Shown here: piece by piece, positions 36,301 through 45,262 of the stretch
Position numbering within the stretch: position 1 is the first letter of the stretch
Layout: each line of letters opens with the position of its first letter
Assembly: GCA_039714075.1 (NCBI GenBank)
Contig: JBDLKA010000003.1
Coordinates: 29,417-93,416 of the forward strand
Direction of reading: 5' to 3'
Length of the DNA: 64,000 nucleotides
DNA from: Candidatus Krumholzibacteriota bacterium
Lineage (GTDB): Bacteria; Krumholzibacteriota; Krumholzibacteriia; LZORAL124-64-63
Program-made: the position numbers and the translations under genes
Notes under the pieces: generated by a model
Databases searched by the model: none
Told to the model about the DNA's origin: nothing
The model's input: only the letters and a program-made list of their open reading frames with translations

Positions 36301-39300
36301 TGAAGGCCGTTCTTCCGCCGGGGCTGGGATTTTCGTACCAGATCCGGACATGAGTCACGGCGCGCAGGTTGGGAGCACCGGTAACGCTGACCGAATCGAC
36401 CGCCGTAATTGGTATGCGGTATTTTCGCCAGGCGATGTTGCCGTCAACGAGTTCCTGAACGTCGTCATAGTCGTAGACCACGTCCACCAGGGCTTCGGAT
36501 TCCTTCAGATCGATGGTCGCCGTGAAAAAACTGTTTTCCCGGTTCAGGATATCATCACCGTTTAGATCCTCATCGTCCTCCCGGGCATTCCTGGCCGTCC
36601 CGTTGATCCGGGGGAAGGGGCTGTCACCACCGATTTCATAGGCTGCGTCAAATCTCTGAGGACCGTTTTCGTTTCCGTCCAGTCCGACATCCTCTTCCGG
36701 TGCGTAGAAAACGAAATCACGTTCCCCGTCCACGATACCGTCTTCCCTCTCATGCTTGCCGACGATGAGATCACCGTTTCCGTCCAGGGGCCAGAAACCG
36801 TCCTCGTTGATGCGGCCGAAATCGATGTGCAGCTTTCCGCCCCGCTGGGTGGTGTCAGCCACACCGTCGTTGACCCAGAATTCAAGGAACTGGGCCTTGG
36901 TCAGGTCCATGCCGGTCCGGCTGACGCTGCGCATGATGCCGCCCCAGTCCTCGGGGTCCCAGGTACCGTCGTCCGCCCTCAGGAACAGATCCATGGTGGG
37001 CTGGGTTTCGTCCCGCTCCTGATTGATCAATTTCGGATTCAGGAACCGGCGCAGTGTCCGCTCCTGGGGCAAAAACCACCGCACCGTCTCGACCCGGTCC
37101 TCCGGATCAAAAACCCGTGGATCCGGATTGGCGCTCAGGTACCCGTTGCCCAGGAACGGGACGCTGGCCCAGGACCAGCCGATCCTGGTCAGGGTGATGA
37201 CATCCGAGGAATCGACACCCTCGAAATCCTCAAGGTAGACCTTGCCCTTGGTATTGGGGTTGGGCAGGCTGACGGCCGTTTCGCCGTTGAACTGGATCGT
37301 GCTTTCGCGCTCGGTGTTGCGGCGGCTGATGAAGTTGGCCACATGGGTCAGGAAATAGGGTCGGAAGGTGTGTTGCAGATTCATGTTACCGACGAGGTTC
37401 TTGCTGGGTTCTTCTCCCAGTTTGGCTTTTTCACCGACGATGTTCTCGGTCTGGTACAGCCAGGTGGTGGCCAACTTGCTGCTCTGGCCGAGATCATAAC
37501 CCAGGTTCAACCCCATCAAGCTGGTATTGCCGCCGCCCATGAAGGGCGCGAACTGGTAGTTGACGGCGATCTTGCTGTCGGGAGTCAACTCGTTGGCCGC
37601 ACCTCCCTTCAGCCGGACCTCTCCGAAGGTGTAGTCGATTTCATAGTCCGTGCCTCGAGTCAGGGTACGCCCGTCGAGGTTCACGGTCTCGGAACCCTCT
37701 TCGATGTTCGAGACGCCCAGGTTGAAATTGCTGGCAGCCGAGCCGTGGGTGGCGATGATACGGAAGGATGAGTACCGGGAATAATCCGACGGAGGAATAT
37801 CCGGGCTGTAGATCTCCCATTTCTGGTTATCCCTGAGAAAGGAGGGATTCCAAACGAAATCGGGGGAGTTTGCATACCCGGAGTATGCCGCTTCGGCGAT
37901 CTGGTCCGCCTCGTCCCCCTCCGTGAGAATCTGACCTCCGGGTGCGAAGGGTGTGGGAAAATCCAAGGGGAAGATCAACAATCCGTTAACAAGATCGAAA
38001 ATATACGGATCGTGCTTGTCGACCAGCCCGTCGGGTTTGCCGCTGCCCTGGGCATCGTCAAGATCCAAGCCGAAGATCCGGATATAGTCCAGTCCGGTAT
38101 CATCCTGTTGGGGCTGATTGGTCGTCTCTTCCCGTTCGATCCTCAGGTCAAAGGTCGACGCGTCGATACTGGCTCCGCCCAGGGAATAGATATTCCGCAG
38201 CACGTATTTGAACGAATGAAGTTCCTTGTTCACAACCGGGGCTTTCAGAAGCTTCATCCGGTAAAAGAGTTCATCGCTGTTGTTGATCGGCTGCTCGGGG
38301 AAAAATCCCTGCCTGGGCAAATCCCCGACCGAGACGATGCTGCCGTCGGCAAGTTCAACATCGTAAATGACCGCCAGAGCATCCTCGTCGGCCATCCGTG
38401 TTCCCAGATCCACGGCGATTAAATTGCCGGCAGCATCTTCCATTGCCCTGAAATTTGTAATTTCACGCCATCTGCTACCGGAAAGGTGGGGAAATTCGAA
38501 ATCAATTCCTTCCCAGTTGCGAAAACCGAGGGAATCAACGTAAACCGCCACATTGGTGATGTCCTCGGTGGTTGGTGTCCCTCCCGGCAACCACCTGAAT
38601 ATCTTGATGGACTCCCTCAGGATCTTGTCGCCCTGGAACCGTCCCCCGGGGGCCTCCTCGACCGGAAGATCCAGCTTGAAAAACCGGTGATTGAGATAGT
38701 CGGACGAGTTGATGATGTTGTCGGTCACCTGCCCGCCGGTGGCGTTGAAGGTCTTGGACGAGGTTTCCGCCTTCTGTTTCGAAGCCACCACCGTGAAATC
38801 GGCCCGGCCCACCTGGCCCGTCACCTTGATGCCGAACAGGCCCGACTTGTTGGAGCTGTAGCCGAGCAGCTGGCTGCCGGGCAGGGTCAGCCCCACGTCC
38901 CCGGTTTCGATGGTCTTGATGATCTCGTCCTCGAGACCCTGGTACATCAGCTTGATCTTGGTGGCGTCGGGCCCGATCTGGGCGCTGTTGTGGTCCACCT
39001 CGATGATTATCTTTTCGCCGATGGTACCGGACAGGCTGATCTGCAGTTCCTGCTCCATGTCCAGGGTCGGGAACAGGGACTGGCTGGTGACACGCTCGTT
39101 CGGCGTGAACGGATCGACCACCGTGCTTTCACCGCTGATGGCGATGCGCTCGCGACCTGTGATCTTGATCCTTGTCTTCTCGCCCCGACCGATGATCTTC
39201 TCCAGGGTGCGGGGAAGCTTGATGGGGATGGTCAGGTTGATGAGACTGCCGTCCTGGTCCCCCCGGCGGCCCAGGCCGGCGACATCCAGGGCTTCGGTCC

Positions 39301-39901
39301 GGACAAAGACCTGCCCCACGGCATGCTTTCGCCTGGCGCCCGCGTTCAGGTCGTCGACAAAGAGCTTGACCACCGGATCACCGGTGGGACGGGGCGGGTA
39401 GTACAGGAACCCGCCGGGCAAAGTTTCCGGGGAAGGGAACAGAAAGAAGAACTTGGGGTATTGGATCTCGGTCATCAGTCCCAGGGAACCGTTATATTCG
39501 ACCAGGTGTTCGCGACGCTCGAGATCGACGTTGGAACGGTTCTGGAAATGGTGGCGGAACATGGCCTCCAGCCCGGGGCGGCGGTCGGGATACCGCACCG
39601 GATCCACGCCCATATCGGACAGGCGACGGCGCAGTACCAGACGGTCCACACCCAGCAGGCGGGGATCCTCCGTGGTGTTGATCACCGGGTCCAGCCCGTA
39701 AAGAAGCGGGCCGTCATAGACCGGGTCGGCCTGCGCCACCTTCGAGACGGATAGGACAAGAAAAAGGACGTAAAGGGAAAAGCATGTCCGGATCAGGGAG
39801 GGCAGCCGGTCAAGCGGGCCGGTTGGAGAACAGAAGAAGTCCGCGCCGTGGGCAAAGCGACGGACCGACCTTCCGGTGTTCCCCAGACTCGACTGCGACA
39901 A
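33314..39901 (-). CDS. sprA: SprA (Sov)-like outer-membrane translocon of the type IX secretion family, about 2200 aa
   Basis: Signal peptide; MEQELQISLSGTIGEK, YQGLEDEIIKTIETGDV, LFGIK, RNIYSLG, VYLEDFEG, WGGIMR, LHIDFGRINED, WRKYRIPI, NYYE; beta-strand C-terminus ending in F. Start TTG 39901 (GGAG SD) preferred over 39997. Confidence 0.88.
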   Translation of the reverse strand: MSQSSLGNTGRSVRRFAHGADFFCSPTGPLDRLPSLIRTCFSLYVLFLVLSVSKVAQADPVYDGPLLYGLDPVINTTEDPRLLGVDRLVLRRRLSDMGVDPVRYPDRRPGLEAMFRHHFQNRSNVDLERREHLVEYNGSLGLMTEIQYPKFFFLFPSPETLPGGFLYYPPRPTGDPVVKLFVDDLNAGARRKHAVGQVFVRTEALDVAGLGRRGDQDGSLINLTIPIKLPRTLEKIIGRGEKTRIKITGRERIAISGESTVVDPFTPNERVTSQSLFPTLDMEQELQISLSGTIGEKIIIEVDHNSAQIGPDATKIKLMYQGLEDEIIKTIETGDVGLTLPGSQLLGYSSNKSGLFGIKVTGQVGRADFTVVASKQKAETSSKTFNATGGQVTDNIINSSDYLNHRFFKLDLPVEEAPGGRFQGDKILRESIKIFRWLPGGTPTTEDITNVAVYVDSLGFRNWEGIDFEFPHLSGSRWREITNFRAMEDAAGNLIAVDLGTRMADEDALAVIYDVELADGSIVSVGDLPRQGFFPEQPINNSDELFYRMKLLKAPVVNKELHSFKYVLRNIYSLGGASIDASTFDLRIEREETTNQPQQDDTGLDYIRIFGLDLDDAQGSGKPDGLVDKHDPYIFDLVNGLLIFPLDFPTPFAPGGQILTEGDEADQIAEAAYSGYANSPDFVWNPSFLRDNQKWEIYSPDIPPSDYSRYSSFRIIATHGSAASNFNLGVSNIEEGSETVNLDGRTLTRGTDYEIDYTFGEVRLKGGAANELTPDSKIAVNYQFAPFMGGGNTSLMGLNLGYDLGQSSKLATTWLYQTENIVGEKAKLGEEPSKNLVGNMNLQHTFRPYFLTHVANFISRRNTERESTIQFNGETAVSLPNPNTKGKVYLEDFEGVDSSDVITLTRIGWSWASVPFLGNGYLSANPDPRVFDPEDRVETVRWFLPQERTLRRFLNPKLINQERDETQPTMDLFLRADDGTWDPEDWGGIMRSVSRTGMDLTKAQFLEFWVNDGVADTTQRGGKLHIDFGRINEDGFWPLDGNGDLIVGKHEREDGIVDGERDFVFYAPEEDVGLDGNENGPQRFDAAYEIGGDSPFPRINGTARNAREDDEDLNGDDILNRENSFFTATIDLKESEALVDVVYDYDDVQELVDGNIAWRKYRIPITAVDSVSVTGAPNLRAVTHVRIWYENPSPGGRTAFTLQLSELKFLGSRWEREGIRRTDGEKLLTPAELLPGEEYFLGEVNNKENPDYRSPFPVHEENSIPEKEQALVLNFQNIEQGHMVRASKQVSARGDDYTRYSDLSWYWYNPSHTTADLDLFFRVGADTLNYYEVTHRFSDSAVKTGWHFMNINIAELSNAKNGTIDENGHIHSTVHDRRSGEAYRVRVVGRPDLRLVKRYYFGFMNNGLSQEASGYFYLNDVLLEGVKRDMGLAQRAGVRLNMADVIKVDFDWKHTDDEFHGLSSTAGTGVDAQDWNVATNLAVEDFIPLLGFRLPLTGSRRQAINRPKYETHSDIEIIEEDVKNALSTIDTQERFSSRLSHGPSKGALPRYLVDPWSLQVSGSRRSLDGPLERRRDKSLQGALNYDLRIAGNYKLGDYPLLKYIPIVKGLSIVPSKLAFAGSFTSTYNSTVTINDNGVVTPRPVGRTRPAKLTGSFDYKPISLLDLSVTAASDRDLLREQILGGINIGQENRRSYGLRMTVLVPRAKDLPEGPLMAPLRTAVRGLSKLRPSIQFNGTFADAHDPGQRQPGDPDSIRSISNSGRWEFRLDVPVGEAFTALIPEKKYSQAERDRMISEQRSLERQNQRAAGRQEDSVQTPDQPDAGKPPTGSGERPEDLEDLTPEEIQRRDEERLLAEAEAQMERDRDLGLVKDEEPQDTGEGGGLDPLLIFKPLLNTLRNTTPIKVVYTDQNSSSYARLLDTAPFWYQTGLVNELDIPDTLFSSYATDHRTNLTLSSNTRVTKDIALDVKFGDSHTRRDQVGSVVRSYKQDWPDAQLSLSGIEKWKIFGGNKDELDSGWFRSSNFNISYKRSKTVNNITDRTYNPNVTRSLTPRWTLNFHSGMTATLNANLNTIESINNGVTSLNNKMRLGLQLRHSFNAQTFLAKMGLYRPGSSQSVTMDVDLSYQKDRLERENPGGRASKPTGTDRYSLNPRFSYQITRNLSGAVRFVFSKSKNIASGQTTTTLGLGLEATFVF

Positions 39902-40160
39902 TCCCTGTCTCCAAAGGTTGGATGCCCGAATTAATGCTGGCTCGATCGGCGGTCGTCCTCGAAAATGGTCAAGCTGACCCCGGGACTGGCCATACACCGA
40001 CCATCGTGGCGGACCGGATTAAGCTCAGCAGATCAACAATCTGGACGAAGTTCAGACGTGAAACCAGAAAATCAATTCTCCCGGTCCCGGCTTCCACAAG
40101 CCCGGAGACCGGAATTTTGTGGGGAAAGAAAAGTTCCACGGTCAGGGACACCAAGGCTCT

Positions 40161-41576
40161 ATGTATCTGATTTACAGACACTTACTCAATACCGCCGCCG
40201 GCCCCTTCTTCTTCGGTTGGTTCGTCATCACCTTCCTGCTGATGATAGACGTGCTGTTCAGGTACGTCGATCTCTTTGTCAGTAAGGGTGTTCCTTTCCT
40301 CATGGCCACCGAGGTTCTGGCTCTCAGCCTGGGCCATACTTTTGCATTATCCGTACCAATGGCGGTCCTGATCGCCATCCTGATGAGTGTGGGGCAACTG
40401 GCTGCCGATCATGAAATTACGGCCATGAAGGCCAGCGGGATCAGCCTGTGGTCGGTGCTGCGTCCCCTGCTGTTCGGAGCATGCATCATCGCCCTCGGCC
40501 TAACGGCCTACAACCACTACGTTTTCCCCGAGTCCAACCACACCCTGGCCAACCTCCTGTACGACATCAATCGCAAAAAACCGATGCTGGAGATCCGCGA
40601 GCAGCAGTTCACCGACATGAGCGACCGACTGACCATCTACGTCAGTCAGAAGGACGACAACACCGGCCGCATCGAGGATGTCACCATCATCGAGAAGGAA
40701 AAACCCGGCGACCTTTCGCCCCGGATCACCACCGCGGAACGGGGCCGCATCATTCCCGATCACGAGACCGATTCCATGCTCATCGAACTTCACGACGGGG
40801 AGATCCACGAACGCCCCGACAAGGAGGTTCCGGACAAGTACCAGGTCATCCGTTTCGGGCAGCACAACCTCTACGTGGCCAATGTGGAGCGGGATTTCCA
40901 TGCCTCCGGACGGCAGACCCGCGGCGACCGGGAAATGAACCTGAAGGATCTGTGGGCCGCGGCCGCCGAAGAGCAGGGCCGGCAGGACAAGACCCTGGAC
41001 AACGTGACCGGTCTGGCCGAAACCCTGCTCGTCTGGCAGTGGAAACTTCTGGATCCCGCTCGCCGGAGTGAGGTTCTCGGCAATCGTCCGGCCCCTCCGG
41101 ATTCAACGGAACGGGAAAATTTCCTGGACGGAAAATACCGGGCGACCCTGATCAAGGTGGACCGGGTGGTCGAACAATCGCGGTATCAGGAAAAGATCAG
41201 GGACAGCTACCGGGTCAAGGAGAACCGGTATCTGGTGGAATTCCACAAGAAGTTCGCCATCCCCTTCGCCTGCCTGGTCTTCGCCCTGATCGGCGTGCCC
41301 ATGGCCGTGACGTCGTCCCGGAGCGGCAAGGGCATAAGCGTGAGCCTTGCCATCGGCGTTTATCTCGTATATTACCTATTCCTGGTGGGGGGTGAAAAGT
41401 TTTCGGACCGGGGAAAGCTGGACCCCTTCCTGGCCATGTGGAGCGCGAATTTTTTCCTGCTGGCCCTGGGTATCCCCCTGTTCATCAAGGCCGCCCGTGA
41501 ATCGACGCTGTTGAGCATCACCCTGAAGCCGCCCAAGGCCGACGCGACCGACAGCGAGGCTGGAGATCCCGACTGA
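40161..41576 (+). CDS. lptF: LPS export permease LptF family
   Basis: EITAMKASGISL, EFHKKFAIPFACL, 3+3 TM layout; paired with the next gene. Confidence 0.85.
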   Translation: MYLIYRHLLNTAAGPFFFGWFVITFLLMIDVLFRYVDLFVSKGVPFLMATEVLALSLGHTFALSVPMAVLIAILMSVGQLAADHEITAMKASGISLWSVLRPLLFGACIIALGLTAYNHYVFPESNHTLANLLYDINRKKPMLEIREQQFTDMSDRLTIYVSQKDDNTGRIEDVTIIEKEKPGDLSPRITTAERGRIIPDHETDSMLIELHDGEIHERPDKEVPDKYQVIRFGQHNLYVANVERDFHASGRQTRGDREMNLKDLWAAAAEEQGRQDKTLDNVTGLAETLLVWQWKLLDPARRSEVLGNRPAPPDSTERENFLDGKYRATLIKVDRVVEQSRYQEKIRDSYRVKENRYLVEFHKKFAIPFACLVFALIGVPMAVTSSRSGKGISVSLAIGVYLVYYLFLVGGEKFSDRGKLDPFLAMWSANFFLLALGIPLFIKAARESTLLSITLKPPKADATDSEAGDPD

Positions 41577-42649
41577 TGTCCATCATACATCGCCATCTGC
41601 TGTTCACCTTCTTCCGCAATCTCGGCTTTACCATGGCCGGCGCCCTGGTCCTGTTCACCCTCATCGACGTGCTCGACCACATGGGCAGCTTCGTCGACAA
41701 CGACGCCACCGCCTGGCAGATCCTGCGCTACTACACCTTCAAGGCGGTGTGGATCGTCGACACCGTCCTGCCCATCGCCATGTTGATGGCCACCCTGTTC
41801 ACGGTGGGCACCATGGCCAGGTATCTCGAACTGACCGCCCTGTTCGCGTCCGGCTGGTCGCTGATGAAGACGACGCGCCCCCTGATTTTGCTTTCCCTGT
41901 TCGTGTGTGTGTTTTCCCTGGCCTGGCGGGAGTATGTCCTGCCCGAAGCCAACGTCCGGCGCAACCAGGTCTGGGAGGTCGAGATCCACGGCAACCCCGA
42001 CCGGATCCGCCCCACCCAGCACATCGCCCTGACCGGCCGGGACGGACGCCTGTATTACGCGCGCAAGTACGACCCCAACACCGGCATCCTGAACGGCCTG
42101 AAGATCCTCAGCCACGAGGGCGCCATCATCACCGAAAGGGTGGATGCGGCCCGGGCCGAGTGGGACGGGACCCACTGGACGCTGATCGACGGGACGCGGC
42201 GCATCTTCGACGGCGAAGAGGAAACCACCGAGGAATTCGAACGCCTGACCGCGGGCGACCTGCAGGTGGATCCCAAAAGTTTCTACCGGGAACGAATCCG
42301 CCAGGAGGACATGAACATCCGCCAGCTGCGCGACCACATCAATCTGGTCAGGTACAGCGGCGGCGATGCCACCAGCGCCATGGTGGACGTCCAATTCAAC
42401 CTGGCTTTCCCGGTCGTCAATCTGATCGTGGTCCTGATGGGCATCATCCTGGCCTCCGGCCCCCGCAAGACCACCGTGGCCTCGGGGTTCGGATTCACAC
42501 TTCTGGTGAGTTTCGTCTATTACCTTTTCATGAATTTCGGCCGCGCCCTGGGCCACAACGGCACCCTGCCGCCGGTACCAGCCGCCTGGGCAGGTAACGT
42601 TGTCTACGCGGCGGCGTTTGTGGTCATGTTCGTGCGCGCGAGGCGCTGA
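41576..42649 (+). CDS. lptG: LPS export permease LptG family
   Basis: ELTALFASGWS, LAFP, G.LPPVPAAW; TGATG coupling to lptF. Confidence 0.85.
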   Translation: MSIIHRHLLFTFFRNLGFTMAGALVLFTLIDVLDHMGSFVDNDATAWQILRYYTFKAVWIVDTVLPIAMLMATLFTVGTMARYLELTALFASGWSLMKTTRPLILLSLFVCVFSLAWREYVLPEANVRRNQVWEVEIHGNPDRIRPTQHIALTGRDGRLYYARKYDPNTGILNGLKILSHEGAIITERVDAARAEWDGTHWTLIDGTRRIFDGEEETTEEFERLTAGDLQVDPKSFYRERIRQEDMNIRQLRDHINLVRYSGGDATSAMVDVQFNLAFPVVNLIVVLMGIILASGPRKTTVASGFGFTLLVSFVYYLFMNFGRALGHNGTLPPVPAAWAGNVVYAAAFVVMFVRARR

Positions 42650-42650
42650 A

Positions 42651-42780
42651 GCCCATTCGGGGCCAATTGGGGGAAATCAGGATGATTCAGGGCTATTCGG
42701 GTGGATTCTCGATGATTCCGGAGGATTCCGGAGGATTCCGGATGATTCCGGACGATTCCGGACGATTGGGGCCATATTGG
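42651..42780. repeat. Intergenic 10-bp-period tandem array, core GANGATTCCG, 12-13 units with degenerate ends
   Basis: GATGATTCCG GAGGATTCCG GAGGATTCCG GATGATTCCG GACGATTCCG at 42711-42760, with in-phase degenerate units on both sides. Confidence 0.88.
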
Positions 42781-42803
42781 AGCCACTGTTTTTCCTAGAC
42801 TCC

Positions 42804-42832
42804 TTGCCCCAGCTGCCCTAGCTTCATAAATT
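42804..42832 (+). promoter_or_regulatory. Sigma70-type promoter for the PKD lipoprotein gene
   Basis: TTGCCC-N17-TAAATT. Confidence 0.5.
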
Positions 42833-42924
42833 GATGCGACCAGACAGGTAGGGTTCGGAACGGGGTTCCGGAACCTTAGCTGCGACCAAGATTCCATGCC
42901 ACCCCATTGGGAGAATTACCACAC

Positions 42925-43911
42925 ATGAAACGCGCCTGTATGCTGCTGGTCCCGGTCCTGATGATCCTGGCCGTGGTCACCGGCTGTAGTGATGACGAGT
43001 CCCTACCCACCTTCACCAGGGTGCGTGTATCCCCCAGTTGCGGGGTTGTCCCCATGGATGTCGAAGGCTACGCCATCCTGTCCGGGGGCAATGAAACCGG
43101 AGACCCTCTCGGCGGCAACAACAATCTCGAGGTCAAGTGGGCCTTCGGTGACGGCGGTACCGGTAATACCAGCATCGCCTACCACACCTACCAGGCCCCC
43201 GGTAACTATACGGTAACGGTCACCGGCAGTGACCCCGACGGACAGACCACCTCGGCCACCTATCCGGTAACCGTGCTGCCCGACAGCCTCGTCATTGAGG
43301 CCGGATCGAACTTCCCTGATGGTGCCTGCACCTGCTTGGACACGGTTCGCTTCAATATTGTCGCCGAATCCTGTGACATTGATTATCCCACGGTCCTGGG
43401 CGATTCGGTCAAGCTGGAGTTCAACTGGGACATGGGTGACATGGGCGGCGTAGACAACACCACCTACAATGGCGTAGCCCCGGAATTCCGGTTCCGCACC
43501 CCCGGTGTGTACGATGTTGAAGTTGCGGTTTTCTATCCCGCCTGGGCAGTCGAACGGCGACAGACCCTGACTTTCACTGTGGCCTCCGCTCCTCCCGCAA
43601 TTGTGACGTCGCATGAGTCCATTGACTTCGGTGTGAACACCGTTGGCACACCGCTCCAGCGGAACCTTGCAGTCACCAACACCAGTTGCGAGGACCTCGT
43701 CATCTCCGCGATCAGCATTGATAATGCCGACTTCACTACTGAAACGGTGCCGGTAACCCTGGGATCATATGAGGAGATCTCCGTCGATGTGACCTTCAAT
43801 GCCTCGACAGCGGGCACCCGGACAGGTGTCCTGACGGTCGAGAGCAACGATCCTTCGCGTCCTGTCATCGAGATTCCCCTGATGGGTGAAGGTGTCGAGG
43901 TCGAGCCGTAG
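42925..43911 (+). CDS. Lipoprotein with PKD domains and a C-terminal Ig-like domain
   Basis: Lipobox VTGC, WAFGDG...HTYQAPGNYTVTV, WDMGD...PGVYDVEV, IDFG...SNDP. Start ATG 42925. Confidence 0.8.
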   Translation: MKRACMLLVPVLMILAVVTGCSDDESLPTFTRVRVSPSCGVVPMDVEGYAILSGGNETGDPLGGNNNLEVKWAFGDGGTGNTSIAYHTYQAPGNYTVTVTGSDPDGQTTSATYPVTVLPDSLVIEAGSNFPDGACTCLDTVRFNIVAESCDIDYPTVLGDSVKLEFNWDMGDMGGVDNTTYNGVAPEFRFRTPGVYDVEVAVFYPAWAVERRQTLTFTVASAPPAIVTSHESIDFGVNTVGTPLQRNLAVTNTSCEDLVISAISIDNADFTTETVPVTLGSYEEISVDVTFNASTAGTRTGVLTVESNDPSRPVIEIPLMGEGVEVEP

Positions 43912-43956
43912 GTCGATCAGGTTGACCCCTGATGGATTGATTCCACGGACAAAATC

Positions 43957-43990
43957 AAAAAGGCGGGACCATGTGGTCCCGCCTTTTTTT
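43957..43990. terminator. Bidirectional intrinsic terminator
   Basis: AAAAAGGCGGGACCA-TG-TGGTCCCGCCTTTTTTT. Confidence 0.9.
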
Positions 43991-44031
43991 TCGCCTTCGC
44001 AGCGGCCTGGCCAACTAGTCGGACGGCATCG

Positions 44032-45177
44032 CTAGCCTACGGCAGACTTCAGATCGTCCACCAGATCTTCCTTCTCCCAGGTGAACTGGATATCGTCGCG
44101 GCCGAAGTGGCCGTAGGCGGCGGTATCCAGGAAGACGGGCTTCCTCAGGTCGAGGCGCTTGATGATGCCCTTGGGCGTCATGTCGGCCACCTCGCGGATC
44201 GCGGCGGTGATCTTCTCGTCGGGAACCTGGCCGGTGCCGTAGCAGTCGACGTTGATGGACACGGGCTCGGCCACGCCGATGGCGTAGGCGACCTGGACTT
44301 GGCAGCGGTCGGCCAGTCCGGCGGCCACGATGTTCCGGGCCAGATGACGGGTGGCGTAGGCGCCGGAACGGTCCACCTTCGTGGAGTCTTTCCCGCTGAA
44401 CGCGCCGCCGCCGTGGCAGGCGCTGCCGCCGTAGGTGTCAACGATGATTTTCCGGCCGGTCAGGCCGCAATCACCCAGAGGTCCGCCGACCACGAAGCGG
44501 CCGGTGGGATTGATGTGGGTTTTGTAGCCGTCGTGATCCACGTCGAACCTCTTCAGCACCGGCTGGATGACACGCTTGTCGATGGCCGTCCGCAGGTCCT
44601 CCAGGGAGATGTCCTCGTCGTGCTGGGTGGAAACGACCACCGTGTCGATGGCCACGGGCTTGTTGTCCTCGTAGAGGCAGGTGACCTGGGTCTTGCCGTC
44701 GGGACGCACCCAGGGCAGGGTCCCGTCCTTCCGCACCAGGGCCAACTGCTGTGCCATCCGGTGGGCCATGGTCAGCGGCAGGGGCATCAGGACATCGGTC
44801 TCCCGGCAGGCGTAACCGAACATCAGGCCCTGGTCGCCGGCGCCGCCGGGATTGACCCCCATGGCGATATCGGGCGACTGCTCGTCGAGCGAGGTCAGCA
44901 CCGCGCAGGTATCGGCATCGAAGCCGTAGGCGGCGGAGGTGTAACCGATATTCCGGATCGTTTGGCGGACCAGGGACGGGATGTCCACGTAGGTCCGGGT
45001 GGTGATTTCCCCGCCCAGGCAGGCCATGCCCGTGGTCACCATGGTTTCGCAGGCCACCCGGCCTTCCGGATCTTCCTTCATGATGGCGTCCACCACGGCA
45101 TCGGAAATCTGGTCAGCCACCTTATCGGGGTGTCCTTCGGTCACTGATTCGCTGGTGAACAGGAACCTCTTGCTCAT
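44032..45177 (-). CDS. metK: S-adenosylmethionine synthetase
   Basis: [28 protein letters not shown]. Confidence 0.99.
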   Translation of the reverse strand: MSKRFLFTSESVTEGHPDKVADQISDAVVDAIMKEDPEGRVACETMVTTGMACLGGEITTRTYVDIPSLVRQTIRNIGYTSAAYGFDADTCAVLTSLDEQSPDIAMGVNPGGAGDQGLMFGYACRETDVLMPLPLTMAHRMAQQLALVRKDGTLPWVRPDGKTQVTCLYEDNKPVAIDTVVVSTQHDEDISLEDLRTAIDKRVIQPVLKRFDVDHDGYKTHINPTGRFVVGGPLGDCGLTGRKIIVDTYGGSACHGGGAFSGKDSTKVDRSGAYATRHLARNIVAAGLADRCQVQVAYAIGVAEPVSINVDCYGTGQVPDEKITAAIREVADMTPKGIIKRLDLRKPVFLDTAAYGHFGRDDIQFTWEKEDLVDDLKSAVG

Positions 45178-45262
45178 ATCGTTTCCTTCCCTTTATCCGA
45201 GGCCCGGAATCCACGGGCCGGCCGATGTTGACTAAATTGTTGTCGGGCTTAGCTTTGTCTTA

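Noticed and set aside
32996..39754. Plus-strand ORFs of 300-570 aa opposite sprA
   Set aside because: Shadow ORFs in the mirror frame.
42651..42780. Possible CRISPR array
   Set aside because: Units are 10 bp with no unique spacers, and there are no cas genes.
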